38,024 bases of DNA from a virus (taxonomy: Duplodnaviria > Caudoviricetes): IMG/VR virus record IMGVR_UViG_3300002098_000077, positions 1 to 38,024 of that record; one strand, given 5' to 3'. Made by a program: the position numbers and the translations under genes. Positions 25,936 through 34,965 of this stretch are shown one piece after another. How positions within the stretch are numbered: the first letter of the stretch is position 1; each line of letters starts with the position of its first letter. Below the pieces are notes generated by a model, which did not search any database, was not told the DNA's origin, and saw only the letters and a program-made list of their open reading frames with translations.

Positions 25936-26451
25936 TTAATCCCCATTTGCTTTTGCGCGGTCAAATTCAGAAATAAAATTTTTCAGTTGAATTTCAAGCA
26001 AACTCATTACATTTTGCACATTACTTTCAAGTGCTGGACGTAAAAAAGGATGTGCCGGTGTTCTAGCATTTCCAAATTCTTGAGAAATAGCTACTGGCTT
26101 TTTGCCTTTTACAACTGTTTGAAATTTTCCACGTTTATTTAAAACTAACGCATATTTTGTATCATCACGAATTGGGGAAACTGTTACCCTCGCCATGTAC
26201 ATTTCGCCTTGATAATATTTGCCTTGTTTGTCCATAGCTTGTGGCTTTTGAACTTTCATGTAAATATGATCTGCAAGTTGACCGGAATTTTTAGGTGCTC
26301 CAGCTTTAGCTGCATTTAATACTGGCTGCATCGCTTTCCCAAGGATTTCGCGCCATTTTTTGTCAGTTTTTCCTTTGCCAAACTCATCACGGATTTCATC
26401 CATGCGTTTAAGCAAATCATCAAAACCAGAAATTTGAAATTCAACCGACAT
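25936..26451 (-). CDS. HK97 gp10-like neck/tail-completion protein
   Basis: ISGFDDL, APKNSGQL, QEFGNARTPAHPFLRPALES. Confidence 0.85.
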   Translation of the reverse strand: MSVEFQISGFDDLLKRMDEIRDEFGKGKTDKKWREILGKAMQPVLNAAKAGAPKNSGQLADHIYMKVQKPQAMDKQGKYYQGEMYMARVTVSPIRDDTKYALVLNKRGKFQTVVKGKKPVAISQEFGNARTPAHPFLRPALESNVQNVMSLLEIQLKNFISEFDRAKANGD

Positions 26452-26803
26452 TTTTTATTCTTTCCATTGAAAACCCCGGAGCCGCAGTCATAAATGCCAA
26501 CAGCGCATTGTTTACATTGTCTTGTTGTGTCGGTTCAAATGCTGGGTTTTGCTTATATTCTGATACCCATGGAAAGATTTTATCTGCATTAAAGGCGCTT
26601 GTCTTGGGGTCTCTTATGTAATTAAATACTCCGGTTGTAATTGGAGCCATTGATTCATAAATTCCCGCCATTCCCAAAACACCATCAGCATACATTACGC
26701 AAATGTCAGTAAATACGTCTTCATCTATTTCGTCAATTTGGGCCATTGTGTGGCCATTAAAAACCATTGCCGCCCTAACTTGAGCGCGCAATGATTGTCT
26801 TAG
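26441..26803 (-). CDS. tail assembly chaperone, frameshift extension (gpT-like)
   Basis: Open in the -1 frame from the slippery site: CTA AGA CAA TCA TTG CGC GCT... Confidence 0.8.
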   Translation of the reverse strand, partial: LRQSLRAQVRAAMVFNGHTMAQIDEIDEDVFTDICVMYADGVLGMAGIYESMAPITTGVFNYIRDPKTSAFNADKIFPWVSEYKQNPAFEPTQQDNVNNALLAFMTAAPGFSMERIKNVG

Positions 26804-27318
26804 TTTTTTTTTGTGTCTTTGTAATTGGGTTTAATTACAGAATCAATTTTTTGCACAATTTCTCGAATAATATGATCTGGAAATTCTTCTGCAATTTCAT
26901 CATAAGATTCATTAATAGGTTCACCTGTTGGCGATTGCAGCAATGCAAAATAAATTTGCACTTGTGTTTGCCATAGTGCAGTTAATGTTGCAATTTGTCT
27001 AACGGACGTTCCGTTAATTGAAATATCATTATCATGAACAATAATTTTTTGTTCGCCTTCTTTTAAAACTTTTAAAAATTCCTCATCAGCTTCATTAATT
27101 GTTTTTAACAAAGGAGCAGCAAGTTCGTTGTAAAGTTTATCAACAATTGCTGGATCACCTTGTGAAATTTTTGAAGTCATTTCATCCATTTCGCGTTTAA
27201 CTGGAATGCGAACTTTTAATTCACACTCAACATCATTCAGCGAAACGGTAATGGTTTTGATTCGGGCTTGAGCGCGAACGGCTTCATAAGACGGCCCAAG
27301 TTTGGCTGATATTGTCAT
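26800..27318 (-). CDS. tail assembly chaperone (gpG-like)
   Basis: Position between tail tube and tape measure; ends in slippery ...TKKN. Confidence 0.8.
   Translation of the reverse strand: MTISAKLGPSYEAVRAQARIKTITVSLNDVECELKVRIPVKREMDEMTSKISQGDPAIVDKLYNELAAPLLKTINEADEEFLKVLKEGEQKIIVHDNDISINGTSVRQIATLTALWQTQVQIYFALLQSPTGEPINESYDEIAEEFPDHIIREIVQKIDSVIKPNYKDTKKN
26803..26812 (-). other. programmed -1 frameshift site A9C (A-AAA-AAC)
   Basis: ACA AAA AAA AAC TAA at the end of the chaperone gene; -1 frame open into the downstream ORF. Confidence 0.85.
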
Positions 27319-27542
27319 GTTGTACCTTTAATAATCTTGTGATATATATGCTCGTTCAAATCCATTGCGAATTTGACAATTTCCGATGGCGTCATTTTAT
27401 CGGCATGATGTTCTGCAATCTTATGAGCCAACGTGATTGCAGTCAACTTTTGTTCTGAAAACCCAAACCAGTCTTTTTTAAAACTGGCTTGAGCATTCAG
27501 AAATCCAAGCAAATCATTTGTATTTTGTATTGTTGTAGTCAT
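27315..27542 (-). CDS. hypothetical tail-region protein
   Basis: 75-aa ORF with ATGA coupling. Confidence 0.7.
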   Translation of the reverse strand: MTTTIQNTNDLLGFLNAQASFKKDWFGFSEQKLTAITLAHKIAEHHADKMTPSEIVKFAMDLNEHIYHKIIKGTT

Positions 27543-27545
27543 GTT

Positions 27546-27743
27546 TTATTGTGGGTTGTATTGTTGCAGCAACTGCAAGGCAATTCGTTCTGAAGTATCG
27601 CCAGCCAATTCAAGTTCAGCGGCGATTTCTTCTGGATCAACAGACCATGATCGTGCAACCAAATGCAGGTCACCATATGTGGCGACAATTGCTTTGATTG
27701 CCTTTTCTAGCTGTTCACTACGTTTAGGTGTTTGACCAGCCAT
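27546..27743 (-). CDS. hypothetical protein starting inside tail-tube gene 2
   Basis: AAGGGG SD then ATG at 27743 (MAGQTPKRSEQLEKAI...). Confidence 0.65.
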   Translation of the reverse strand: MAGQTPKRSEQLEKAIKAIVATYGDLHLVARSWSVDPEEIAAELELAGDTSERIALQLLQQYNPQ

Positions 27744-28242
27744 ATTGGTTGCCCCTTGGGTGGATAGTGAAAACGCATTTAGCTTCAGCGCCGGGCTGAG
27801 CATCAATTTTGAATTCAGCGACTCGACCATTAAACGCATATGCGGTTGTGGTCAAACCATCTGTAGCCGTAACCACATATGTCCGATCAATTACGCCAGA
27901 ATACGCATCGCCGCGCATCAACAAAAGACCGGCATCAGACGGGTTCCACGCTGCCGTAATGGTCAAGCTGGTCGGCGCTGCCTGAGTTGGAATTTTGTCG
28001 CTTTGACGCGATCCTGCAACAGAGTAGGATGCAGATGCGTCATCCTGTCCAAATGCTGGAACGGCTTCAACGCTCAATGGAACGCCGGCTGCTCCAGTAC
28101 CATTTGCGGCAGTGCCGGCAATAGTGGCGACCTGACCCGTCCACACGGCCAGATTTGCAGTGCTGAACGCCACTGGCGTTGTACCGGATTGCGCCCAGAG
28201 TGCTGCGCTAAAACCGGGTAAAACTTTATTTGGTGCTGCCAT
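27724..28242 (-). CDS. tail tube (major tail) protein, copy 2
   Basis: Close paralogue of 28252-28746; AAGGAG SD. Confidence 0.8.
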   Translation of the reverse strand: MAAPNKVLPGFSAALWAQSGTTPVAFSTANLAVWTGQVATIAGTAANGTGAAGVPLSVEAVPAFGQDDASASYSVAGSRQSDKIPTQAAPTSLTITAAWNPSDAGLLLMRGDAYSGVIDRTYVVTATDGLTTTAYAFNGRVAEFKIDAQPGAEAKCVFTIHPRGNQYGWSNT

Positions 28243-28251
28243 GATTGCTCC

Positions 28252-28746
28252 TTAAGCGTTGTTCGACCAACCGTACATATTTCCACGCGGATGAACGGTG
28301 AAAACGCATTTAGCTTCAGCGCCCGGCTGTGCATCAATCTTGAACTCAGCGACACGGGCATTGAAAGCGTAATAAATAATGTTTGTACCGTCAGTCGCCG
28401 AAACAACGTATGTACGGTCAACAACGCCAGAGTAAGCATCGCCGCGAATTAGCAGCAAATTTGCATCCGATGGATTCCACGCGGCAGTAATTGTCAAACT
28501 CGTTGGCGCTGCTTGTGTCGGGATTTTGTCCGATTGACGCGAACCAGCTACAGTAAACGATGCGCTTGCATCATCTTGACCAAATGCAGGAATAGCTTCC
28601 ACGGGCAGCAGATTGCCCGATACAGCGATTGCCGCAACAGTGGCTACGGTAGACAGCGCAGACAGCGTTAGTGCCGTAGGCGAGGCTGTAGGCTGGCAGT
28701 ACAGTGCTGCGCTAAAACCGGGAAGAACTTTATTTGGGATTGCCAT
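28252..28746 (-). CDS. tail tube (major tail) protein, copy 1
   Basis: Follows tail terminator; AIPAFGQDD..., YAFNARVAEFKID pattern; TAAGGA SD. Confidence 0.82.
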   Translation of the reverse strand: MAIPNKVLPGFSAALYCQPTASPTALTLSALSTVATVAAIAVSGNLLPVEAIPAFGQDDASASFTVAGSRQSDKIPTQAAPTSLTITAAWNPSDANLLLIRGDAYSGVVDRTYVVSATDGTNIIYYAFNARVAEFKIDAQPGAEAKCVFTVHPRGNMYGWSNNA

Positions 28747-28779
28747 GATTAATTCCTTAGAAAATTGATAGGTGTTGTC

Positions 28780-29196
28780 TTATGTCGGAACTTGCAATTG
28801 ACAGTCCATAAAAACTTGTGCCAATTTCTGTTCGTTGTCATAACTGTTGTACAACCAATTTACATCCGCTTTGGAAATTTGGATGCCATAAGTTGAGCCG
28901 CCGAACAATCCACTATATCCATGCAGCGATTGTAGTATCTGATTGGAAATAGTGAAACCGTCTTCAATCACTTGAGTAAATACGCTAATTTGGAAAATAG
29001 GCGTATCAATACCCTTAACTGATTGAACTGGGCCTGTATAAACCGGCTGATGCACATTTCTCAGCATCCAAGTAATAAACTTAGGCTGAGTTGCAAAGTT
29101 CCGATTAAATGCGGCATATACGGGTACAGGCGTGACAATAGCGCTCAAATGAGCTTGTATAGCTTGCGCGTATGCGACAGGATTCATTTGCGTCAT
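28780..29196 (-). CDS. tail terminator (DUF3168/gp17-like)
   Basis: Size, synteny, FQISVFT...ILQSLHG. Confidence 0.7.
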   Translation of the reverse strand: MTQMNPVAYAQAIQAHLSAIVTPVPVYAAFNRNFATQPKFITWMLRNVHQPVYTGPVQSVKGIDTPIFQISVFTQVIEDGFTISNQILQSLHGYSGLFGGSTYGIQISKADVNWLYNSYDNEQKLAQVFMDCQLQVPT

Positions 29197-29537
29197 ACTG
29201 CGGCCACCGGATCGTTACGAACACAAATAATAGCAACAGTCATGCGGTCATCAGATTCGCGCACGTTGTCAATACGCCAATCAAAGCCTCGCCAGTTAAT
29301 TGAATACAAGTTTTGGTTATCAATCATTTCTTTGGTATTTGGTGTGTAGTTCAAAGTGAAATCAACTACGTCCGAATACACCCGATACTTATCAGTAATC
29401 TTGACATGATTGGCAACTGAATGAACTCTTGCCCGTGTTTGAAACCACAGCGTAATCGTTGTGCTTTGTTCGCCAAATGAGCTTTGCCCAAACGTCAAAC
29501 GATTTACAGAGATGTTTTCAAAACGTGCTATTGCCAT
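29193..29537 (-). CDS. head closure / head-tail adaptor (SPP1 gp16-like)
   Basis: SSFGEQ, INWRGFDWRIDNV; synteny. Confidence 0.8.
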   Translation of the reverse strand: MAIARFENISVNRLTFGQSSFGEQSTTITLWFQTRARVHSVANHVKITDKYRVYSDVVDFTLNYTPNTKEMIDNQNLYSINWRGFDWRIDNVRESDDRMTVAIICVRNDPVAAV

Positions 29538-30203
29538 TTACATCACCAAAGGTTTGTACGGGCGAAGCAATGTAGCAACACCAAATGGGATTTCTTTTAA
29601 TTGCACATCAGTTGTATTGCTGCGGTTGTTGTACAAGTGAGTCAGCAAAAGCAAGCCAGCTTGTTTAATAACAGGATAACTTTGCAACGGATTTGCCGCT
29701 GTGGTGTACTCCATCACAATCGGCGCGGTCATATTGGTATTGATATTACTCGGCAATGAACCAACAATAACTTTATTCCCAGAGGCGTCATAGGTGTAGC
29801 CGGTCAACGCTGTAAACACAGACGGTGTTCCATCACTCCAAAAGCCAAGCGAATTTATTGTTACGCCGGCAGATGTTGAACTGAAATTTTGGCTAACTTC
29901 TGGAAGATCAAGTGACGATGGCGATGCCACCAATCCTTCGGCGCCATACCAAACCCGATATTTAATTGGGAATATGGACAGACCAAGATAATCCTCAATT
30001 GCAAACCGTGTTGCTAGTTCCAAAGATGAAAGGTAAGAATCTTGACTTTCATCGCCAAACAAATTCAACTGGTTTGTAATTTCATCCAGCGTCAGCCATG
30101 CAGTCGCCGTATCCCTGCTTATCTGTTCCACCTTGGAATAGTTAAACGGGTTACGCGACTGCGCCGCATAAGGATAACCGCCCAACAGGGCTGCATCTGC
30201 CAT
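29538..30203 (-). CDS. head-tail connector (HK97 gp6/SPP1 gp15-like)
   Basis: LTLDEI..QL, IKQAGLLLLTHLYNNRS, PFGVATLLRPYK. Confidence 0.88.
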   Translation of the reverse strand: MADAALLGGYPYAAQSRNPFNYSKVEQISRDTATAWLTLDEITNQLNLFGDESQDSYLSSLELATRFAIEDYLGLSIFPIKYRVWYGAEGLVASPSSLDLPEVSQNFSSTSAGVTINSLGFWSDGTPSVFTALTGYTYDASGNKVIVGSLPSNINTNMTAPIVMEYTTAANPLQSYPVIKQAGLLLLTHLYNNRSNTTDVQLKEIPFGVATLLRPYKPLVM

Positions 30204-30205
30204 GA

Positions 30206-31240
30206 TTAAACGCTCACAATACGAACACCAGCAAACGGATCGCGCACAGTACTAACCATGCGGCGTTCGGCGTACAAGGTAATAAAACCCGGCGAGGTTT
30301 GATCCATCGCTTGAATTGTCATTTCTTCAACGTCATTGATGGTCACAAAACGCGGCCAGTTGGCGAGATAAATTGCAAAATTGCCAGCGACATTCAACGA
30401 CATATTTGGGTTTGCAATTACAGGAAAACCAAACATATTCAGAACAGCACCGCCATCCTCATCGCCGCTTTCTGCAAATTGCTTCAAAGCACCAGTGGTT
30501 GCGACACCAAGATTTCGCAGATTGTGAATTGTGGTTGGATGCATCATCCACGCATTACCCGGCAAGTTGTAGTACTGTGCTGGGAATGCATTCACCATGT
30601 TGACAATATCGTCATAAACCATCACAGTCGCAGCCGCCGTAGTTGTTGCGATGGAATGAATGCCGTTTGTAATCGCTGTGCCACTTGAACCAAATGCTGA
30701 AGTTGCTGCGCTGGCGTACATATTCAAACCGCGCAAACCAGACGTAGCGCCGTTTGCCGTAGTGGTCGATCCACTTTGATCGTTGTTCAACACCATTGAT
30801 GCGCCTTCAATTTGAGCAAATTCAAGCATCAAATCTTCGACCAGTGTTTCATTTAAATAATTCACATCAGACATGACCGCCGTGCGAATCGGCAATTGGG
30901 CCGTAATCACTCGCGTAGGCAATTGCCAAATGGATGTATTGGTATTTGGGGTTCCCGTATTTGGCGTAAACGTATAGCCAAATGGGTTTGTTTGATTTGC
31001 TGCGTTACCTGTCTTTGCGACATATTGAACGCTTGAGCCAGATGCTGGCAATACACGGCAGATTTCACGAATTGGATTACCAAAACGAAGTGCCGCAAAA
31101 GCATTGTCAAAGAATGTACGTCCACCAACTCCATCACCTGATCCAGTGATTGCAGATGACTCGCGCAAATCAATCGTAACTTTTTTGCCGGTGTCCAGCG
31201 TTTCTTTGATGCCAGTGAGAATTTTTTTGGTGATGGTCAT
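30206..31240 (-). CDS. second HK97-fold capsid protein (short prodomain)
   Basis: Paralogue of 31305-32660: ESSAITGSGDGVGGRT, ALRFGNPIR, TSIWQL, GLRGL, PGFITLYAERRMVSTVRDPFA. Confidence 0.88.
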   Translation of the reverse strand: MTITKKILTGIKETLDTGKKVTIDLRESSAITGSGDGVGGRTFFDNAFAALRFGNPIREICRVLPASGSSVQYVAKTGNAANQTNPFGYTFTPNTGTPNTNTSIWQLPTRVITAQLPIRTAVMSDVNYLNETLVEDLMLEFAQIEGASMVLNNDQSGSTTTANGATSGLRGLNMYASAATSAFGSSGTAITNGIHSIATTTAAATVMVYDDIVNMVNAFPAQYYNLPGNAWMMHPTTIHNLRNLGVATTGALKQFAESGDEDGGAVLNMFGFPVIANPNMSLNVAGNFAIYLANWPRFVTINDVEEMTIQAMDQTSPGFITLYAERRMVSTVRDPFAGVRIVSV

Positions 31241-31264
31241 ACATTTATCCAGTTAAAAGTTGCG

Positions 31265-31292
31265 AAAAAAGGCAGGGGCCGTAGCCCCCACC
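31265..31292 (-). terminator. rho-independent terminator between the two capsid genes
   Basis: GGUGGGGGC-UACG-GCCCCUGCC-UUUUUU. Confidence 0.85.
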
Positions 31293-31304
31293 AGTAGGCA
31301 ACAA

Positions 31305-32660
31305 TTAAGCTGCCGCAGTCGCCGTAGAGCGATAGCGCACCAATGCGTTTGGATCACGCACAGAGGTTGCCAGACGCTTTTCACCGAAGAAGGTGATGTA
31401 ACCGGGCAGGGTCTGGTCGTATCTCCGCATAACCATGTTCAGACGATCAATGATCGTGTGACCGCGTGACCAGTCACCAAAGAACATTGGGTACTTACTG
31501 ACCGAACCAGCCGCAGCAACTGCGATCTGGCTTGGAGTGTCGCAATACTTGTTCATTACCACATCAAAACCAAGCAGTTGGCCGATGATACCGTTAGGAT
31601 TCAGCGACTCAGTGGAATTGAAGATTGGACGACCATTGGTATCTTGCAAGCCGCGGATGGCTTGGGCAAGAATCGGGCTGACCATAAAACGCGCACTCTC
31701 AGTCCAGTATTGCTGTGGCAATGCATAGATCAAGTTGATAACGTCTTTGTAAGTGATCAAGTTCGCGCCAACGGTGTTGATGTTTGAAGTCAACTGATCG
31801 TAGGTTGCCATCGAATGCAGACCAGTGGTAGAACCAGTGCCAGACGAACCAAAAGCAGGGACGGAAGTCGTACCGCCAGTAAACGTGCTGTTTGCGCCGG
31901 GATACTGATCCAGACCGCGCAAGCCATCAGCACCACCGGTAGAAACCGTAGTACCCGAACCAGATTGGTCGTTGTTGGCAATCATGGACTGAGCTTCTGC
32001 TTGCGCGAATTCGGCCAGCATATCGTCAACCACATTGGCTTCCAAACCATCGATGTCATCCAGCGCAGCAGTACGAATTGGGAACTGGACGTTGATGTCC
32101 TTAAGAACCAATTGCCAGATGCTGGTGTCTTCAGTAGTTTGGGTCGAACCGTTGTTCTGGATGCCGTAACCCCACTGAGCGCCAGCATTGCCGGTTTTAA
32201 CGCGGAATTGATAGCTTGAACCATCAGTGGCAACAGTGCGTGACAGACCGCGCATTGGGTTTGCCAAACGCAGAGCAACAAACACTGGGTCGTATGCAGT
32301 GCGACCGCCTTTGCCATCGCCACCAGCAGTCAGTGCAGACGACTCAGACAGATACGCAGCGTACTGTGATTCGTCAGCAAACATCTTCAGTTCTTTTTCA
32401 ACCTTGTTGTTTGCTTTGTAGAATTCAGCCAGTTGCTCAACAACCGACCGATTCACATCTTGACGAAGCGATTTGGCGATTGGACGGATGATTGCTGGTG
32501 CTTGCAGGGTGGAAATTTTAGCTTCCAGTGCAGACAGTTTGTCACCAACTTCAGCTTTGACAGCTTCAATTTTGGCTTCAGCAGAGGTAGTTACTTCTGC
32601 AATTTTTGCAGCTTGAGCGGCTTCAATAGCGTCAAGTTTTTCAATGATTTGAACAGACAT
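31305..32660 (-). CDS. major capsid protein, HK97 family
   Basis: N-terminal coiled-coil delta domain, LQDTNGRPIF, LLGFDVV, FFGDWSRG, RDPNALV. Confidence 0.93.
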   Translation of the reverse strand: MSVQIIEKLDAIEAAQAAKIAEVTTSAEAKIEAVKAEVGDKLSALEAKISTLQAPAIIRPIAKSLRQDVNRSVVEQLAEFYKANNKVEKELKMFADESQYAAYLSESSALTAGGDGKGGRTAYDPVFVALRLANPMRGLSRTVATDGSSYQFRVKTGNAGAQWGYGIQNNGSTQTTEDTSIWQLVLKDINVQFPIRTAALDDIDGLEANVVDDMLAEFAQAEAQSMIANNDQSGSGTTVSTGGADGLRGLDQYPGANSTFTGGTTSVPAFGSSGTGSTTGLHSMATYDQLTSNINTVGANLITYKDVINLIYALPQQYWTESARFMVSPILAQAIRGLQDTNGRPIFNSTESLNPNGIIGQLLGFDVVMNKYCDTPSQIAVAAAGSVSKYPMFFGDWSRGHTIIDRLNMVMRRYDQTLPGYITFFGEKRLATSVRDPNALVRYRSTATAAA

Positions 32661-32662
32661 GA

Positions 32663-33436
32663 TTATCCTTTGATACGTTGAGATAGCATTTTCAGAAGTT
32701 CGCGTTGCTCAAGAGCCGCGAGAATTCCTGCGTTGGTCACTTCCACATCCGAATCACTCAGAACTGGAGCGTTTTCAATTGGCGCTGGGGCTTCACGCTG
32801 TTCCAGCACTTTTTTGAATACAGACGCGGCAGTGACCGCATCCTTTTTAGATAGACTTGCATCGCGCAAAGCCTTTTCCAAAACTTTTAGATCGGCGCTT
32901 CCATCAGGTCGGAAATATTCCAAACGAGAGACTTCTGCCGCAGGGTTATTTGGGTACATCACCACACTGACCTCTCGCAAGCCGCCTTTGGTGATTTGAA
33001 AATATGCTTCATCAGTTTGATCTGGTTCGCCAGCAGCATTAACCATTTGATAATCTTCAGCATATGCGCCAACAGAAACACCGCCAAACATGGCTGGAGA
33101 TTCTTTCATAACTTGATAAAGATCACTGCCTTGCGAAGTATTGGTATACAGCCGGCCAGAAGCAGTCATTCCTTCATCATCAAATTCAAAAGAAGTCCAT
33201 TCGCCAACCGGGATTGCATCTGCCGAATGATTGACAAACATTGGAAGTGGTCGACCAGCTTTGCTGAATTCGGTTGCCCAATCCATAAAGCCTTCTGGCT
33301 GGTAATTAAAGCGGCGACCATCAGCGCCTTCTCTAGCCCCCCAAGATGTAACTCTGGCTTCAATAGCTCCAGAATTAACATTCGACTTTTCGAGAATTAG
33401 GCTGGCTTCGCAGACCATCAGTACTTTTTCGGTCAT
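32663..33436 (-). CDS. prohead maturation protease (HK97 type)
   Basis: PMFVNH..PVGEW, GVSVG, LREVSVVMYPNNPAA. Confidence 0.92.
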   Translation of the reverse strand: MTEKVLMVCEASLILEKSNVNSGAIEARVTSWGAREGADGRRFNYQPEGFMDWATEFSKAGRPLPMFVNHSADAIPVGEWTSFEFDDEGMTASGRLYTNTSQGSDLYQVMKESPAMFGGVSVGAYAEDYQMVNAAGEPDQTDEAYFQITKGGLREVSVVMYPNNPAAEVSRLEYFRPDGSADLKVLEKALRDASLSKKDAVTAASVFKKVLEQREAPAPIENAPVLSDSDVEVTNAGILAALEQRELLKMLSQRIKG

Positions 33437-33566
33437 GGATTACCTCGTTGACTTTCGTTTTATCCACATCGTGTACTATTTTTAATGGGCGACCCCTGCC
33501 GCGCTTAGTGGGCGCATTTGGCTGATATATTGCCAAGGATGCTACCACCATTTTAAAAATAGACAA
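33375..33566 (-). CDS. small basic protein with AT-hook-like motif
   Basis: KRGRGRPLK; TTG start 1 nt after the portal stop; overlaps the protease start. Confidence 0.5.
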   Translation of the reverse strand: MSIFKMVVASLAIYQPNAPTKRGRGRPLKIVHDVDKTKVNEVIHDRKSTDGLRSQPNSRKVEC

Positions 33567-33567
33567 T

Positions 33568-34953
33568 TTATTTCCCCAAATTCATCTTTTTGCGCTGTTG
33601 ACCACCGCCACCACCAGTATCTTGGGGTGATTGACCACCAATTGGGTCTGCTTTTGCAATTATTAATTCATCAGCGCCATCAAGATTTTTCATTCCCATA
33701 TATTCCCGTGCTTCATTTTGGGTCATTATTCCAGCACCGACACCCGCAACTGCAAAGTTCATTTGCGATAGTGGATCACCTTTAAGAAACTCACGAGTAT
33801 CAAATTCAATACTCAAAGACGGGTATCCGGGAAATAAGTTACTCTTTAATTTTTGCTGAATATTCACAATCAATGGATACATTCCAGATTTGTAAAATTC
33901 ATCCATCACAGTTTGCGTGTTGTTGTATTTCTGATCTGCAATGCCAATCATTGATGGCGGGACACCAAACAAACCACAAATTCTTTTCATTGTTTGCGTT
34001 TTTAATGCCGCGGCGTCTGTGTCTTGCAAGGTCAACATATCCAGCGGGGTATACTTCATGCCTTGGTCAAGCAACATACCCTGACCGGGTTTGGATGGGT
34101 CGCTGTTACGGCTTCCTGTCATGCTAGACCAAGCCTCTTTTAGCCGCGCCGCAATTTCTTTGTATTTTCCATCAGGAATTACTTGCTCCGTGACAAACAT
34201 TCCTGACGGCTTTGCACCATTCTGCATGACGTAGTTTGCATACAGGTCAATGTCTTGATCTAGACCTACCAATTCAGCCGCCAGAATGCCCTTGTTAAAG
34301 CCGGCAGAGCCTTGCCAAGCCTGATCCATCATGTGCATCACTTGATGCGCTGCAAGAGGCTCATCACGAGAAAATCCATACGATGGCGTTGACAGACGAT
34401 AGGACGGATATCTGGCTGGCGTGATTGTTGTGGCGATCAGGGTCGAGTCAAACACATACATTTCTAAAGGTGTTTGCGTTGGAACGTCCTGATCTTTTCT
34501 CCACCAAAGAATAAAGACCTCACCAGACAATTCATGCCACATCAAATACTGATACCAAAACTCGTAAGTTGACTGAAAGTTATTGGGGTTGTTCAGCAAT
34601 GCAGAAACCTGTTTGGCTTTTGCTTTATCTCTTGGGCCAACTTCTTTTGACTTGACAGCATCTAAATATGCGCCGTTATCAGCCTCACACATGATACGAA
34701 TTGGCAATTGAGCCAACGCACGGGCCTTTGCGGCAACACAAGCCATAACAGTCGAATTGCGTGTGAGCATCGACATATCAACCGGCCTACCAGCATTTGT
34801 TGTGCTGGAAGTGGTGACATAAAGAATCTGGGTATTTACCGTAGGCTTTTGGTTAGAACCTTGGTAAACGATGTTATTTCCAAGAGCAGTCTGACCAAAA
34901 AGCGAATTGCTTTCGTCGACTTTTTTGCTTTTAAATCTATCGAAAATACCCAT
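33568..34953 (-). CDS. portal protein, HK97 family
   Basis: TVMACV..ALAQLP, LLNNPNNFQS, NGAKPSG, ICGLFGVPPSMIG, MTQNEAR. Confidence 0.95.
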   Translation of the reverse strand: MGIFDRFKSKKVDESNSLFGQTALGNNIVYQGSNQKPTVNTQILYVTTSSTTNAGRPVDMSMLTRNSTVMACVAAKARALAQLPIRIMCEADNGAYLDAVKSKEVGPRDKAKAKQVSALLNNPNNFQSTYEFWYQYLMWHELSGEVFILWWRKDQDVPTQTPLEMYVFDSTLIATTITPARYPSYRLSTPSYGFSRDEPLAAHQVMHMMDQAWQGSAGFNKGILAAELVGLDQDIDLYANYVMQNGAKPSGMFVTEQVIPDGKYKEIAARLKEAWSSMTGSRNSDPSKPGQGMLLDQGMKYTPLDMLTLQDTDAAALKTQTMKRICGLFGVPPSMIGIADQKYNNTQTVMDEFYKSGMYPLIVNIQQKLKSNLFPGYPSLSIEFDTREFLKGDPLSQMNFAVAGVGAGIMTQNEAREYMGMKNLDGADELIIAKADPIGGQSPQDTGGGGGQQRKKMNLGK

Positions 34954-34965
34954 AAAACCTCCGTT

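Noticed and set aside
28074-28439. 121-aa alternate-frame ORF bridging the two tube genes
   Set aside because: No SD or slippery site seen; protein looks non-natural
27724-28746. Repeat pair as a diversity-generating retroelement TR/VR
   Set aside because: No reverse transcriptase; both copies are full genes and differences are not adenine-specific
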